From Methanobacteriota archaeon (lineage in GTDB: Archaea > Methanobacteriota > Methanobacteria > Methanobacteriales > Methanobacteriaceae), in assembly GCA_963787255.1 (NCBI GenBank), contig CAWBCJ010000010.1, positions 128,001-192,000 on the forward strand: 64,000 nucleotides of DNA. The letters run 5' to 3'. The position numbers and the translations under genes are program-made. Numbering within the stretch: position 1 is the first letter of the stretch; every line of letters begins with the position of its first letter. Shown here in pieces: positions 22,988 through 34,259 of this stretch. The notes beneath the pieces are model-generated. The model had not been told where the DNA came from, made no database searches, and worked only from the letters and a program-made list of their open reading frames with translations.

Positions 22988-23113
22988 AAAGCAGTCGAGC
23001 ATCATGTTGAAGAAGAAGATAAACTCTTCCCAAAATCCAAAAAAAAGTTAAAAGACGATGAATAAAAAGAAATGGCCACCAAGATAGAGGAAGAAAAATC
23101 AAAAATGATGTAA
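22988..23113 (+). pseudogene. Hemerythrin (HHE) domain C-terminal remnant
   Basis: KAVEHHVEEEDKLFPKSKKKLKDDE*KEMATKIEEEKSKMM*: internal stop, no start. Confidence 0.6.
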
Positions 23114-23305
23114 ATCCCATATTTTTTATTGAAGTGATTAATGAAATTTTAGTTTAGCAACGTTTTTAATAAACATGCTTATTAATATTCTTTTCTAAAA
23201 ATAAACCGATAGAAAGTAATATTAATATTAAGTTTCATAATATCGTTAGACATCTGACTTATTATATCCAATAGGTGTCCAATATTATTATCAGGAGCGT
23301 TATAA

Positions 23306-23488
23306 ATGGTGGAAAAAAGCAAATGGATAATTAAATGTGATAGCTGTGGAAAGGAATATGATATACCTCAAAATATTCCAACAAAAATTGAGGACATGGA
23401 AGGGCAAGATCAGATGGTTCTTGAGGCCCCGCCAGAATGTCCATCCTGCAAAACCATGAATTCACGTCTTGCAACCTTAAAATCTTAA
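23306..23488 (+). CDS. Small zinc-ribbon protein
   Basis: CDSC...CPSC; SD GGAG. Confidence 0.75.
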   Translation: MVEKSKWIIKCDSCGKEYDIPQNIPTKIEDMEGQDQMVLEAPPECPSCKTMNSRLATLKS

Positions 23489-23493
23489 AGAAT

Positions 23494-23760
23494 TTATTTA
23501 GCCATCATCTTTATGTGGTTAATTTTTTCTGTTACTGTCAATAGATTGTTAGTTAATTGTTCTAATTTATCTGCCACAATAGATTCGGTCATTTCTTCTA
23601 AATGGGGTTCATAAAGCATTGTGAAAACTTTTAGCTCATCTTTAGAATGATTTTCCCTATTATATTTTCCAATATGTTCTAATCCTAACTGGAGCTCTTC
23701 ATATGCCCGTATCTGCCCGATTAGACTAATTTTCTGGTTAGTCAGTTGCTCTAATTCCAT
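23494..23760 (-). CDS. Hypothetical protein
   Basis: SD GGGGAGTGG, helical ORF. Confidence 0.7.
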   Translation of the reverse strand: MELEQLTNQKISLIGQIRAYEELQLGLEHIGKYNRENHSKDELKVFTMLYEPHLEEMTESIVADKLEQLTNNLLTVTEKINHIKMMAK

Positions 23761-24418
23761 ATATCCACTCCCCTACGTGATTTATATAAAATATATTAGT
23801 TGATTAAAAGTTATTATCATTATTTTAGCTTTATTTTGTTAAAAAAGCTCAATAATATCTAAAAACCATTTAATATATTACCTGGGCTTAGAACTATAAA
23901 TTATACCGCATAATAAATGGTTCTACAAATCTTAAATTATTAAATTTATCTATGGAGTATATTATGTTTTTTTTTAAATAAATATATTTGCATGAAAATT
24001 TTAGAACTTTTAATCTTAGATATAGAAATATGGTTCTAGTTTAAAAAATAAGCAGATATTGTCAATTCATGCCCATTAAGAATATTTTATAAAGCTTATA
24101 TCGTAAATAAAGGTTATTAATTACTATTAATGGAAAAGTTCAATTTTTATGAAAAAGAATTTTAATAGTTCATAATATAACATTTTCTTCCAAACTGTTT
24201 ATTCTATTAAAAATTTAAATGAATTATGATATCATAGGTGTTATCTTGTTGGAAAAAGAAGCTAGAAGTGTTGATTCTTGATTTGTAAGTATAAATAATA
24301 TTAAGAGAATGAATTAATATATTTAATAAAAATATTATTTTTATAAACTTTTAAATACTTTTAAAATAAATTTCTAAAAAAATAGTCAATTCAATTAAAA
24401 AAGATCAGAGGACGAAAT

Positions 24419-26812
24419 ATGAATGCAAAAGAAGTTCTATCCAAATCTAAACCAATAATAATCATAATAATACTATTCTCAATAGTATTTTTACTTAGAG
24501 CGGATTCGGTATATTTGTCCAGCATACCTGACGATTTGAAGTCTTTTTATCAGGATCAAAACGGACAACCTTATTTTAGTGAAATGGATTCTTATTATAA
24601 CTATAGAATGACCCAGGATTACCTGGAAAACGGCCATTTAGGTGATGTAATAATTAACGGCACGCAATGGGATCAGCATTCATATTATCCTGAGGGTAGA
24701 TCTGCAGAATATCCTCCTTTAATTGTATATATAACGGCTTTTGTCTATAAATTCCTGAATTTATTCACCACAATTCCTTTAACCGCGGTCAGTTATTGGA
24801 TTGCACCAATTATCGCGTCTCTATGTGTTATTCCGGCATATTTGTTTGTAAGTAGGCTTACTAATGACTATGGAGGAATAGCTGCAGCACTTTTGGTAGC
24901 ATTAGCACCTGCCTATTTTGCACACACATTTGCAGGATTTTTTGATACAGACATGTTCAATGTGATTATGCCAATTCTGGTAGTATGGTTCTTTGTTGAA
25001 AGTATGCGTGCAAATAACATTAAGAATAGATCAATTTTTGTAATCCTTTCTGCAGTTTCCATGTTCATATTTTCTACTGCATGGGAAGGATGGTGGTATA
25101 TGTTTTACATCGTTATTGGTGTAGGCGTAGTATACCTATTAGTATCTAACTACCTCTTTAAAATGAAAACAATAAAGCCATTTAAAGAGTATCCTGACAA
25201 AATTACATGGTTTAAGGATCAAAAAGCGCTTTTCACACTATTAATTTTCATCGTCGCAAGCTCTATTTTAATCATGTTTAATTTGGGTGTATCCGGATTC
25301 TTTGGAACATTAATAAGTGCATTCGGATTTACAAACATTCAATCATCTGTTCAGGGTACTTCCTATCCAAACGTATTGGTTTCTATTTCAGAACTGCAGA
25401 TACCTACAATTTCTGATGTTGCAAGCGGTACTGGAATAGGTGCATTTGTACTTGGTATTTTGTGTGTTCCATTATTAATCTGGAAATTTAAACCGGATTT
25501 AATTAAAAGTGAGAGCAATAATAAAAATAAAGCTCCAAAAAGGAAAACAAAACCAAGAAGGAGACAAAAAAGAAATAAGACTGAAATTGCAGAAGAAAAG
25601 ATCAAAGAAACAAAAAAGGTAATAGATCCTGCATTAATGAAGAAAAGAATGAATTACCTTCTTTACATAGTCTTATTTGCCGTATGGCTTTTATTAACTG
25701 CATACACCGTTACCAAAGGTTCAAGGTTCATTGAAGGATTTTCAATCCCAATTGGACTAGCTGCAGGTCTTTTCATAGGTTTAATAGTTCCTAACATTGC
25801 AAAACGCATTAAAAATGCTAAATATTGCGCAATAGCAATGTTAATTATAATTGCGGCCGTTTCGTATCCTTCTGTTGCAGGAGCATACACTATTTCCAAT
25901 TCAGTAATTCCAGGTACAGATGATTCAATGTACAGTTCTTTGGAATACATTAAAAACAACACTGCAGAAAATACAGTTATCACTTCCTGGTGGGATTTCG
26001 GCCACCTTTTTGCAGCAGTATCTGATAGACCTATAACGTTTGATGGGGCTTCTCAAAACAATCCAAGAGCATATTGGGTTGGAAAAGCACTTTTAACTAA
26101 CAATGAAGATCTTTCTGCAGGAATACTTAGAATGTTAACGACAAGTGGAGATAAAGGATACCTTACCCTTGAAAACTACACAAAAAATACTGGAAAGAGT
26201 GTAGAAATACTGGATAAGATTTTGCCAGTTGATAAACAGAGTGCACAGACAATATTAATCAATGAGTATAAATTAACTCCTGATCAAGCGCAAAATGTCC
26301 TTAAATACACACATCCTGACAATCCTAATCCTCATGTGTTTATTACAAGCAGCGATATGCTTGGTAAAGCAGCATGGTGGTCTTACTTTGGAGGATGGAA
26401 TTTCCAGAATAACACAGGACAGCATTATATTTACTCTGCAGCACAGGCAACACCACAGAACGTTAATGGAACAACAGTACTCACAGCTGAAAATGGAGTA
26501 GTAGCTCAGATAAATGGAACTGAAATAACTGCTGGACTTAAGTATAGTCAGGGTAATCAGACACAGATAATAGCACCTCACAAACTTACAGTAATAGCGA
26601 ATAACAAATTAGTCAAAAATGAGGTAGTTTCCAGTGAAAGCCCAATTAGCATAATCCTGATAGTTGAAAACAACACCAGTTTAGCAATTGTAATGAACAA
26701 GGAGCTTGAAGATTCCATGTTCACCCGTTTGTTCATCTTTAGAGGTGCAGGACTTAGTAAATTTAAGATTGCTTATGAAAAACCGGGAGTAACTGTCTGG
26801 AACGTGACTTAA
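24419..26812 (+). CDS. aglB: Oligosaccharyltransferase AglB (STT3)
   Basis: EMDSYY, GFFDTD, SISEL and WWDFG motifs; multi-TM N-terminus. Confidence 0.95.
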   Translation: MNAKEVLSKSKPIIIIIILFSIVFLLRADSVYLSSIPDDLKSFYQDQNGQPYFSEMDSYYNYRMTQDYLENGHLGDVIINGTQWDQHSYYPEGRSAEYPPLIVYITAFVYKFLNLFTTIPLTAVSYWIAPIIASLCVIPAYLFVSRLTNDYGGIAAALLVALAPAYFAHTFAGFFDTDMFNVIMPILVVWFFVESMRANNIKNRSIFVILSAVSMFIFSTAWEGWWYMFYIVIGVGVVYLLVSNYLFKMKTIKPFKEYPDKITWFKDQKALFTLLIFIVASSILIMFNLGVSGFFGTLISAFGFTNIQSSVQGTSYPNVLVSISELQIPTISDVASGTGIGAFVLGILCVPLLIWKFKPDLIKSESNNKNKAPKRKTKPRRRQKRNKTEIAEEKIKETKKVIDPALMKKRMNYLLYIVLFAVWLLLTAYTVTKGSRFIEGFSIPIGLAAGLFIGLIVPNIAKRIKNAKYCAIAMLIIIAAVSYPSVAGAYTISNSVIPGTDDSMYSSLEYIKNNTAENTVITSWWDFGHLFAAVSDRPITFDGASQNNPRAYWVGKALLTNNEDLSAGILRMLTTSGDKGYLTLENYTKNTGKSVEILDKILPVDKQSAQTILINEYKLTPDQAQNVLKYTHPDNPNPHVFITSSDMLGKAAWWSYFGGWNFQNNTGQHYIYSAAQATPQNVNGTTVLTAENGVVAQINGTEITAGLKYSQGNQTQIIAPHKLTVIANNKLVKNEVVSSESPISIILIVENNTSLAIVMNKELEDSMFTRLFIFRGAGLSKFKIAYEKPGVTVWNVT

Positions 26813-26834
26813 AAAAGAATAGGATTAAGAATAA

Positions 26835-26868
26835 TAGATTCCAAATCTGGAATCTAATATTTTTTTTT
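26835..26868. terminator. Hairpin terminator between convergent aglB and CBS genes
   Basis: TAGATTCCA-AATC-TGGAATCTA followed by a T run. Confidence 0.7.
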
Positions 26869-27247
26869 ACATTATTTTTCGAATTTTATCTATAAGGATA
26901 TCTGTAGCACTAACTATCCCTACAATTTGCCCTGCTTCTTCTACAGGTAATCTCCAGATACCGTGATCTGCCATTTCTTTTGCGGCCTTTTCAACAGGAG
27001 TATCACTATGGACTGTTACAAGGTGAGTTTCCATGGTGTCATGGACTTTAACGTCTTTTAAATTATCTTTAGACCCTATTGCTTCTAAAATGTCCCATGT
27101 GGTAACTATTCCTACAACTTCTCCATTTTTTTCCACTATTAAGCTTCCACCTTCACCTTCTTCGGTTGATTTCTTTAAAGCAGCTTCCAAAGTTTCATTT
27201 TCACCTATAGTTTCAACTCCTTCCACCATGATTTCTTTAACTTCCAT
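26867..27247 (-). CDS. CBS domain pair protein
   Basis: VVGIVTTWDI and RLPV...VGIVSATDI. Confidence 0.9.
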   Translation of the reverse strand: MEVKEIMVEGVETIGENETLEAALKKSTEEGEGGSLIVEKNGEVVGIVTTWDILEAIGSKDNLKDVKVHDTMETHLVTVHSDTPVEKAAKEMADHGIWRLPVEEAGQIVGIVSATDILIDKIRKIM

Positions 27248-27722
27248 TGTATCACCTTTTTTAGTTTTTAAAATTTTAAGGTAAATTTCACAAATATTAT
27301 TAAGTTTAAAGTAATTATTATCATTTTCTGTTAAAATTCCATTTTCATTTTACTAAAAACATTTTTAAGGATAAAAAATTAATAATAGTTATATTTAATT
27401 ATAGTCAAGTGCAAAAGCTTTTAAACTAAATAACTCCACGGGATAATGGAAAAGACAAATTAATATTAAATAACTGAACACATATCCCCGATTTTTATGA
27501 ATAAATTCAATAAATCATGCTCTTAACTATAATAAAATGTTTAAAGGACTATAATTTTAAATGGAGTGTTATTGTTCATATAATCGTCATTAAACTAACT
27601 CCTTATCTGGAATTTAAGTAAAATTCCGTATATTTTGCAAAAAAAAGCGTAGTAAGGAGTTAATATTAAATTTACTAATCAACAACAATTTTTCAATTTA
27701 AACTAATTTTTATGTGATAATT

Positions 27723-28817
27723 ATGGCTCTTGAGGATAGAATTAAACAGATTGAAGATGAAATTAAAAAAACGCCATATAATAAGGCCACTTCACACCAC
27801 ATAGGTAAACTTAAAGCTAAATTATCAAAGCTTAAAGAAGACTCCTTACAAAGAAGCAGTAAATCGACTAAAGGGAAAGGATTTCACATTAAAAAAAGTG
27901 GAGATTCCACAGTTGTGCTTGTAGGGTTCCCTTCAGTTGGAAAATCAACAATTCTAAATGACATCACCAATGCAGAATCTAAAATTGGAGAATACGAATT
28001 TACAACACTTGAAATAATTCCAGGGATTATGGAATATGAGGGTGCAAAAATTCAGATACTTGATATTCCCGGAATAATTACCGGAGCTTCAAGGGGTAAA
28101 GGTCGTGGAAGGGAGATTCTCTCAGTTGCAAGAAACGCTGATTTAATATTAATTATTCTTGATGTATTTAACCCCCAACATTTTGATGTTATAACAGATG
28201 AGCTTAAAAATATAGGCATAAGACCAAATGAAGAGCGTTCAGATGTTACTGTAAAACAGAAAAAGATGGGAGGGCTCAGGGTTTCTTCTACAGTGGAACT
28301 TACGAATATCGATGAGAGAACCATCAGATCAGTATTGAATGAATATGGAATACACAGTGCTGATGTCCTTATAAGGAACGATGTGACTGTAGATCAATTT
28401 ATTGATAGTTTAGATGTAAGCTGCAAGTATATTCCTACTTTAAAGGTTGTAAATAAGATAGATTTAGCAGATAAAGATTATCTTAATAAAATTGAATATG
28501 AAATGCCAGATGCAATGTTTATATCTGCAAATAAGCAAATTAATGTTGAAGAACTTAAAAGAGAAATATTTGATAAATTGGCCCTTATCCGTATATATTT
28601 AAAGCCTCAAGGTAAAAAGGCTGATTATGAGGAACCACTTATAATAAGGAGAGATTCTACAGTTAAAGATGTGGCAAATAAACTCCACCGAGATTTTGTT
28701 AGGAATTTTAGGCATGCCAAAATTTGGGGAACATCTGTAAAATTTGAAGGTCAAAAAGTAGGATTAGATCATGTTTTAAACGATGGCGATGTTTTGAGAA
28801 TCATAGTAAAAAAATAA
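27723..28817 (+). CDS. DRG/OBG family GTPase with TGS domain
   Basis: [22 protein letters not shown]; C-terminal TGS domain. Confidence 0.95.
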   Translation: MALEDRIKQIEDEIKKTPYNKATSHHIGKLKAKLSKLKEDSLQRSSKSTKGKGFHIKKSGDSTVVLVGFPSVGKSTILNDITNAESKIGEYEFTTLEIIPGIMEYEGAKIQILDIPGIITGASRGKGRGREILSVARNADLILIILDVFNPQHFDVITDELKNIGIRPNEERSDVTVKQKKMGGLRVSSTVELTNIDERTIRSVLNEYGIHSADVLIRNDVTVDQFIDSLDVSCKYIPTLKVVNKIDLADKDYLNKIEYEMPDAMFISANKQINVEELKREIFDKLALIRIYLKPQGKKADYEEPLIIRRDSTVKDVANKLHRDFVRNFRHAKIWGTSVKFEGQKVGLDHVLNDGDVLRIIVKK

Positions 28818-28877
28818 CAATAGTGATATTAATAAAATAAATAAATAATAAACTGAAAGTTTATAATGGGTGAAAAA

Positions 28878-29657
28878 ATGAAACTGGATGACGTAATAAT
28901 ATCAAAAGCAATAATTCAGAGCTTTATGGAAGATTTCATTGATTATACAGACATTGATGTAGCAATAGGTGGGGGAGGACCAGCAGGACTTACAGCAGGT
29001 TATTACCTTGCCAAGGCAGGTCTTAAAGTTGCATTATTCGAAAGAAAATTAAGCATAGGCGGCGGAATGTGGGGCGGCGGCATGATGTTCAATAAAATAG
29101 TCGTTCAAGAAGAAAGTAGAAGAATTCTCGATGAATTCGGAATAAGAACCCAAAGATACGAAGAAGACTACTATTTAGCCGACTCTATAGAATCTGTTTC
29201 AACTTTATGTTCTAAAGCAACCCAAGCAGGCCTTAAAATATTTAACCTCATGAGTATTGAAGATGTAATGATCCAAGAAAACGAAGAAATTACAGGGCTT
29301 GTTTTAAACTGGAGTGCAGTTGAAATGGGAGGATTACACGTTGATCCACTAACTATAAGAACAAAAGCGGTTGTTGATGCAACAGGACACGACTGTGAAG
29401 TAGTAAAAGTCGTGGAAAGAAAAGTTGGACCAAATCTTAACACAAAAACTGGTAAAATCATTGGAGAAAAACCAATGTGGGCAGAAGTTGGAGAAAAAGC
29501 ACTTATGGATAATACTAAGGAAGTCTATCCAGGATTATACGTTACAGGAATGGCTGCAAACGCTGTTTACGGATCTCCAAGAATGGGTCCAATATTTGGC
29601 GGAATGCTGTTATCCGGTGAAAAAATAGCTCAAATACTCATTGAAAAATTAAAATAA
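28878..29657 (+). CDS. thi4: Sulfide-dependent thiazole synthase Thi4
   Basis: [20 protein letters not shown] and [10 protein letters not shown] motifs. Confidence 0.95.
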   Translation: MKLDDVIISKAIIQSFMEDFIDYTDIDVAIGGGGPAGLTAGYYLAKAGLKVALFERKLSIGGGMWGGGMMFNKIVVQEESRRILDEFGIRTQRYEEDYYLADSIESVSTLCSKATQAGLKIFNLMSIEDVMIQENEEITGLVLNWSAVEMGGLHVDPLTIRTKAVVDATGHDCEVVKVVERKVGPNLNTKTGKIIGEKPMWAEVGEKALMDNTKEVYPGLYVTGMAANAVYGSPRMGPIFGGMLLSGEKIAQILIEKLK

Positions 29658-29662
29658 AAAAA

Positions 29663-30223
29663 ATGATAATTCTAATTACAGGAACTCCAGGAGTGGGAAA
29701 AACCACTATTTCTAAAATTCTAGCAGAAAAATTAAATGCTCATCTTTTAGCCATCAATGAATTGGTGGATGAAAAGCATCTTTATACGGGCATTGATGAA
29801 GAACGAGGATATAAGATAGTGGATTTAGATGCCCTGTTTAATGAAATAGATAATATCATTGAAAAGGTTGATAAATCTGATTACATTATTGTGGAAGGTC
29901 ATCTTTCACATTTTTATGAAAATTCAGATACAGTAATTGTTTTAAGGGCTAATCCTGATATTTTAAGGGAACGTTTAGAAGTTAAAGGCTGGAAAGAAGC
30001 CAAAATAAATGAAAATATTGAAGCTGAAGCCATTGGAGTTTGTTCCTATGAAGCCTATGAGATTCATGGGAAGAAAGCCAATGAAATAGATACAAGTAAT
30101 ATTTCTCCTCAAGATGTCGTTAATTTGATAATTGATGTGATAAATGGTGAAAAAAGGTTTCCTGTGGGGGATGTGGATTTTCTGGAGTATTTAGGGAAGT
30201 TTGATATTTACTCCAGTTTGTAG
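29663..30223 (+). CDS. Adenylate kinase AK6/Fap7 family
   Basis: TGTPGVGKTT, IIVEGH, ENIEAE. Confidence 0.9.
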   Translation: MIILITGTPGVGKTTISKILAEKLNAHLLAINELVDEKHLYTGIDEERGYKIVDLDALFNEIDNIIEKVDKSDYIIVEGHLSHFYENSDTVIVLRANPDILRERLEVKGWKEAKINENIEAEAIGVCSYEAYEIHGKKANEIDTSNISPQDVVNLIIDVINGEKRFPVGDVDFLEYLGKFDIYSSL

Positions 30224-30292
30224 ATAGTTATATAATTGGATTGGGGGTTTTAGAATTTTCTTCTATTTGATCTAATTTAAGGATAAGCGAAT

Positions 30293-31357
30293 ATGTACGA
30301 TATAACGATTGTTGGAGCTGGACCTGCTGGTTCTGCTTTAGCAAGACTTCTAGGTAAAAAGCATAAAATACTGTTGTTAGACCGGCGTGAGTTAATATCA
30401 TATAAAGAAGGTTCTTTTGAGAAATGTTGTGGTGGGCTTATTGCGCCAGATGCACAATATATGTTAGCTGAACTCGGTTTAGGAGTACCTAAGGACGTAT
30501 TAGTTGGTCCACAACTTTTTACTGTAAGAACCATCGACATTCAGAATAACATAGAGAGGTATTATCAAAGACATTATATTAATGTTGATAGGGAAAAGTT
30601 TGATAAATGGCTTGTATCTCTTATACCATCAAATGTAGATATTCGTTGCGGGACATTATACAAATCATACGAAAGTAAGGCTGATAAAATCATTGTCAAT
30701 TTTTTATCAGACGGAAAAAGATATTATGAGGAAACAAAATTCTTAGTGGGCGCCGACGGGGCAAATTCTCTTTTGAGAAGACAACTAACAGGTAACAAGT
30801 TTGAAAAGATGTATATATCCATTCAAGAGTGGTTCAAAGTAAATCAAAATCAGCCTTATTACTCAGCGATATTTGATAATGATATATCTGATTTTTACTC
30901 GTGGACTATTCCTAAAGATGGCTATTTGATTGTTGGGGCGGCAATTACGCCCAAAGATAACGTAAATCAAAAGTTCGACTTACTAAAAGAAAGATTAATT
31001 AATTATGGTTTTGAGCTTGATAGAAGTGTAAAAAAGAATGGGGCCTTTATATTAAGACCTCAAAGTACTAAGCAGATATTTCTGGGAAAAGATAACGTGT
31101 CACTTATTGGCGAGGCGGCGGGATGGATTAGTCCGACGTCTGCAGAAGGGCTGAGTTATGCTTTTAAAAGTGCAATTGCCTTAGCTAAAAGTTTTGATAG
31201 CAATCCTGGAAATTTAATAGGGGAATATTACAAGAACACAAAAGGACTAAGGATTAACATTTCACAGAAAAACTTAAAGTCTCCTTTTATGTATAATCCA
31301 TTAATACGGAAGATATTTATGAAATCGGGGATCTTAAGTATGAATATTAATAAATAA
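30293..31357 (+). CDS. FAD-dependent oxidoreductase, CbrA/geranylgeranyl reductase-like
   Basis: GAGPAG, KCCGGL, GADGANS, IGEAAGWISP. Confidence 0.85.
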   Translation: MYDITIVGAGPAGSALARLLGKKHKILLLDRRELISYKEGSFEKCCGGLIAPDAQYMLAELGLGVPKDVLVGPQLFTVRTIDIQNNIERYYQRHYINVDREKFDKWLVSLIPSNVDIRCGTLYKSYESKADKIIVNFLSDGKRYYEETKFLVGADGANSLLRRQLTGNKFEKMYISIQEWFKVNQNQPYYSAIFDNDISDFYSWTIPKDGYLIVGAAITPKDNVNQKFDLLKERLINYGFELDRSVKKNGAFILRPQSTKQIFLGKDNVSLIGEAAGWISPTSAEGLSYAFKSAIALAKSFDSNPGNLIGEYYKNTKGLRINISQKNLKSPFMYNPLIRKIFMKSGILSMNINK

Positions 31358-31391
31358 AACCATATATAGTCTAACAGGGTATTGCTGTAAC

Positions 31392-31531
31392 TTAGCAGGA
31401 TGAATGCGATCAGGACGCTATAGGAATGCCCAGAACGTTAGGTGGAATCAGACGTGAATGCGCTCGCCGTCTTGGCACTGATTTTGGGGATGGGATTTGA
31501 AGACTTAAAAATAAGGAGATTTTTATCTCCT
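31392..31531 (+). ncRNA. Candidate small structured ncRNA upstream of the rnp4 operon
   Basis: About 51% GC over 31391-31500 in an AT-rich spacer; TATA-like CATATATAG at 31361; helices; 3' hairpin AGGAGAT-TTTT-ATCTCCT. Confidence 0.5.
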
Positions 31532-31773
31532 AACATTTTTAAGTGTGAGTACCTTTTTAAAAGTTTGATAGAAAAGCTTTTTAAATAGAATAAGAAATAA
31601 ATTATAATATTATTCTTAAGTAGATTGCACATTATATTGAGGTTTATTAATAGCACTGATTCAATTGTAAAAAAATGCTGTGTTTTAGTTGATTCAGTAA
31701 TTCAAACCCCTGATAAAGGCTTAAGATCCATTTCTATATTATAGCACCATACGATTTCATTAGAGGGTAAACT

Positions 31774-32145
31774 TTGAGAAGGGGAAGAAGACCAAAATGG
31801 ATGTTAAAGATAGCAGGAGAGAGAATTGATATTCTCTTTAAACTTGCAGAAGAATCCTTTGATAAACGCCCTGAAAGGTCAGATCGCTATGTTGAAATGG
31901 CAAGAAATATAGCTACCAAATATAATATGAGAATGCCAAGAATCTGGAAGAGGAGATTCTGTAAAAAATGTAATAAATTCCTAAAACCTGGAAATAACTG
32001 CCAGATCAGGTTAAAGGATTCACGTGTTACTATAAAATGCCTTGAATGTGGAAATGTGGTTAACATTCCATATATAATGGAGAAAAAGGATAAAAGGAGG
32101 AAAACTATTGAATCCTACATCATCAAAAAAGGAATTAATGAATAG
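31774..32145 (+). CDS. rnp4: Ribonuclease P protein component 4 (Rpp21)
   Basis: IAGERIDILF, RYVEMA, CKKC...CLEC. Confidence 0.95.
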   Translation: MRRGRRPKWMLKIAGERIDILFKLAEESFDKRPERSDRYVEMARNIATKYNMRMPRIWKRRFCKKCNKFLKPGNNCQIRLKDSRVTIKCLECGNVVNIPYIMEKKDKRRKTIESYIIKKGINE

Positions 32146-32371
32146 ATCACTTTCAACAATCACCATAAATATTGGAAAGTCTGGAATAAATGAAAATGTT
32201 ATAGAAGAAATAAAAAGACAGCTTAAAGCTCACGAAGTAATAAAATTAAAATTTGCAAAAAATATATCTTCAGAGAAACAAAATTATATAAATAATATAA
32301 TTGAAAAATCTAACTCTAAACTAATTGATTTAAGAGGAAATGTTGCTGTTATATTTAAAAGAAAGAGATAA
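32138..32371 (+). CDS. yhbY: YhbY/CRM RNA-binding protein
   Basis: INIGKSGI...[15 protein letters not shown]...RGNVAVIF; start may be 32108 or 32138. Confidence 0.88.
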   Translation: MNRSLSTITINIGKSGINENVIEEIKRQLKAHEVIKLKFAKNISSEKQNYINNIIEKSNSKLIDLRGNVAVIFKRKR

Positions 32372-32385
32372 TTAGGAGGATTAAT

Positions 32386-32823
32386 ATGACTACAGTTTAC
32401 GATGTACCTGCAGATTTGCTAATAAGTAATGTTGCAAAAGAATTAAGTGAAAATAAGAAAATTAACTCGCCAGAATGGGCTAAATTTGTTAAAACAGGAG
32501 TTCATAAAGAAAGAAGACCCGAAGACATGAACTGGTGGTACACACGATGTGCATCCATCTTAAGAAGAGTGTACATAGATGGCCCTGTTGGACTAAACAG
32601 TCTAAGATCATACTACGGCGGAAAGAAGGACAACGGCACAAACCCTGAAAAATTCGCAAAAGGAAGCGGTTCTATAATACGAACAGCACTACATCAACTT
32701 GAAGATGCAGGATATGTAACAAAAATTAAAGAAGGAAGAATTATAACCCCTGAAGGTAAATCTTTCCTTGATAACTCATCAAATATTGTTAAAAAAGAAG
32801 TTCCAGAACTTGCTAACTATTAA
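32386..32823 (+). CDS. rps19e: 30S ribosomal protein S19e
   Basis: [32 protein letters not shown]. Confidence 0.98.
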   Translation: MTTVYDVPADLLISNVAKELSENKKINSPEWAKFVKTGVHKERRPEDMNWWYTRCASILRRVYIDGPVGLNSLRSYYGGKKDNGTNPEKFAKGSGSIIRTALHQLEDAGYVTKIKEGRIITPEGKSFLDNSSNIVKKEVPELANY

Positions 32824-32863
32824 ATAAGTTGATCAGACTAAAAAATATCATGGAGGCGGGATT

Positions 32864-33199
32864 TTGAGCGATATTGAAGAATTAAGACGAAAAAGAATGC
32901 AAGAGCTACAACAACAGGCTGCAGCACAGCAGACAAATTCATATGAACAAGAACAGGCTCGCCAGCAATTAGAAGCTCAAAAAAGACAAGTTATGGTGCA
33001 AATACTGACTCCTGAAGCTAGAAGCCGACTTGCAAACCTTAGATTAACCCGACCAGAAATGGTTGAACAGCTCGAACTTCAACTTATTCAACTTGCCCAG
33101 GCGGGTCGAGTTAATGCAAAAATAACTGATGAACAGCTGAAACAACTCCTTAAAAATCTTTCTGGTCAAAAAAGAGAGATAAACATAACAAGAAGATGA
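32864..33199 (+). CDS. PDCD5-like DNA-binding protein
   Basis: [22 protein letters not shown]; conserved position after rps19e. Confidence 0.93.
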   Translation: MSDIEELRRKRMQELQQQAAAQQTNSYEQEQARQQLEAQKRQVMVQILTPEARSRLANLRLTRPEMVEQLELQLIQLAQAGRVNAKITDEQLKQLLKNLSGQKREINITRR

Positions 33200-33792
33200 A
33201 AACGTGTGTTCTCTACAGCGGGGGAAAAGACAGTTCCCTTATGGCTGTGATACTTCAAAAATTAGGTTATAAAATTGAACTGGTAACCTTAAACTTTGGA
33301 GTTTTCGATTCATTTAAACCGGCAGCACAATCAGCAGCATCCCTAGGCTTTAAACACCATATTTTAAAGGCAGATACAAAAATTGTTGAAAAAGCAACCA
33401 GAATAATCATTGATGATGGATTTCCCAACAATGGAATTAATTACATCCATAAAGAGGCGCTAGATATTGTCGCTTGTTATTACGATGTGGTTGCAGATGG
33501 AACAAGAAGGGATGACAGAATTCCTAAGCTGGAAGGAAGAGAAATAAACAGCCTTGAAAGCCGGAAAAATGTTGAATACTTGACTCTCCGTGGTTTTGGA
33601 CATAAAACAATAAATAATTTATCTGAAAATCTCTTTGATGTCAAGAAAGAACAGACTAGCATGAAAAATAACTCCGATTACGAGATTGAAATCAGATACC
33701 TTATAAACGAGATGGAAGGAAAAAAGTCAGCTGATAATATATTTCCAAGCCATATACAATCTAGAGTGGTAGGCTGGAAAAATGAAATTTAA
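33196..33792 (+). CDS. PP-loop (adenine nucleotide alpha hydrolase) family protein
   Basis: [20 protein letters not shown]. Confidence 0.88.
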   Translation: MKTCVLYSGGKDSSLMAVILQKLGYKIELVTLNFGVFDSFKPAAQSAASLGFKHHILKADTKIVEKATRIIIDDGFPNNGINYIHKEALDIVACYYDVVADGTRRDDRIPKLEGREINSLESRKNVEYLTLRGFGHKTINNLSENLFDVKKEQTSMKNNSDYEIEIRYLINEMEGKKSADNIFPSHIQSRVVGWKNEI

Positions 33793-33834
33793 TGCAATCA
33801 TTAAATAACATAATAAGACTAACGTGGTGAAAAA

Positions 33835-33990
33835 ATGAGTAGAAATAGACCATTAGCTAAGAAATTAAGGCTTGCTAAGGCCAACAAGCAGAATAGGCGT
33901 GTACCTTTATGGGTAATGCTTAAGACTAACAGAAAAGTAAGGACTCATCCAAAGATGAGACACTGGAGAAGAAATAGCTTAAAAGTGTAA
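33835..33990 (+). CDS. rpl39e: 50S ribosomal protein L39e (missed by ORF track)
   Basis: [51 protein letters not shown]. Confidence 0.97.
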   Translation: MSRNRPLAKKLRLAKANKQNRRVPLWVMLKTNRKVRTHPKMRHWRRNSLKV

Positions 33991-34003
33991 GGGGATTTAT
34001 ATT

Positions 34004-34249
34004 ATGGAAAGAGTCTATGTTATACCACTAAGAAAAGTAAAAAACGTTCCAAGGACTATCCGGTCCCCAAGAGCAATACGTTACGTAAAAGAATTCATAA
34101 AAAGACATATGAAAACAGATGATATTAAAATTGACGCTTCTGTTAACGAAAAAATATGGGAAAGGGGAATCCAGAAAATACCTCCAAAAATTAAAGTTAA
34201 AGCTGTAAAAGATGAAGACGGTTCAGTTGCAGTCACCTTGGTAGAATAG
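34004..34249 (+). CDS. rpl31e: 50S ribosomal protein L31e
   Basis: [18 protein letters not shown]. Confidence 0.97.
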   Translation: MERVYVIPLRKVKNVPRTIRSPRAIRYVKEFIKRHMKTDDIKIDASVNEKIWERGIQKIPPKIKVKAVKDEDGSVAVTLVE

Positions 34250-34259
34250 GTGAAATTTA

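Noticed and set aside
28818-28877. TPP riboswitch before thi4
   Set aside because: The spacer is about 60 nt of AT-rich sequence with no TPP aptamer motifs
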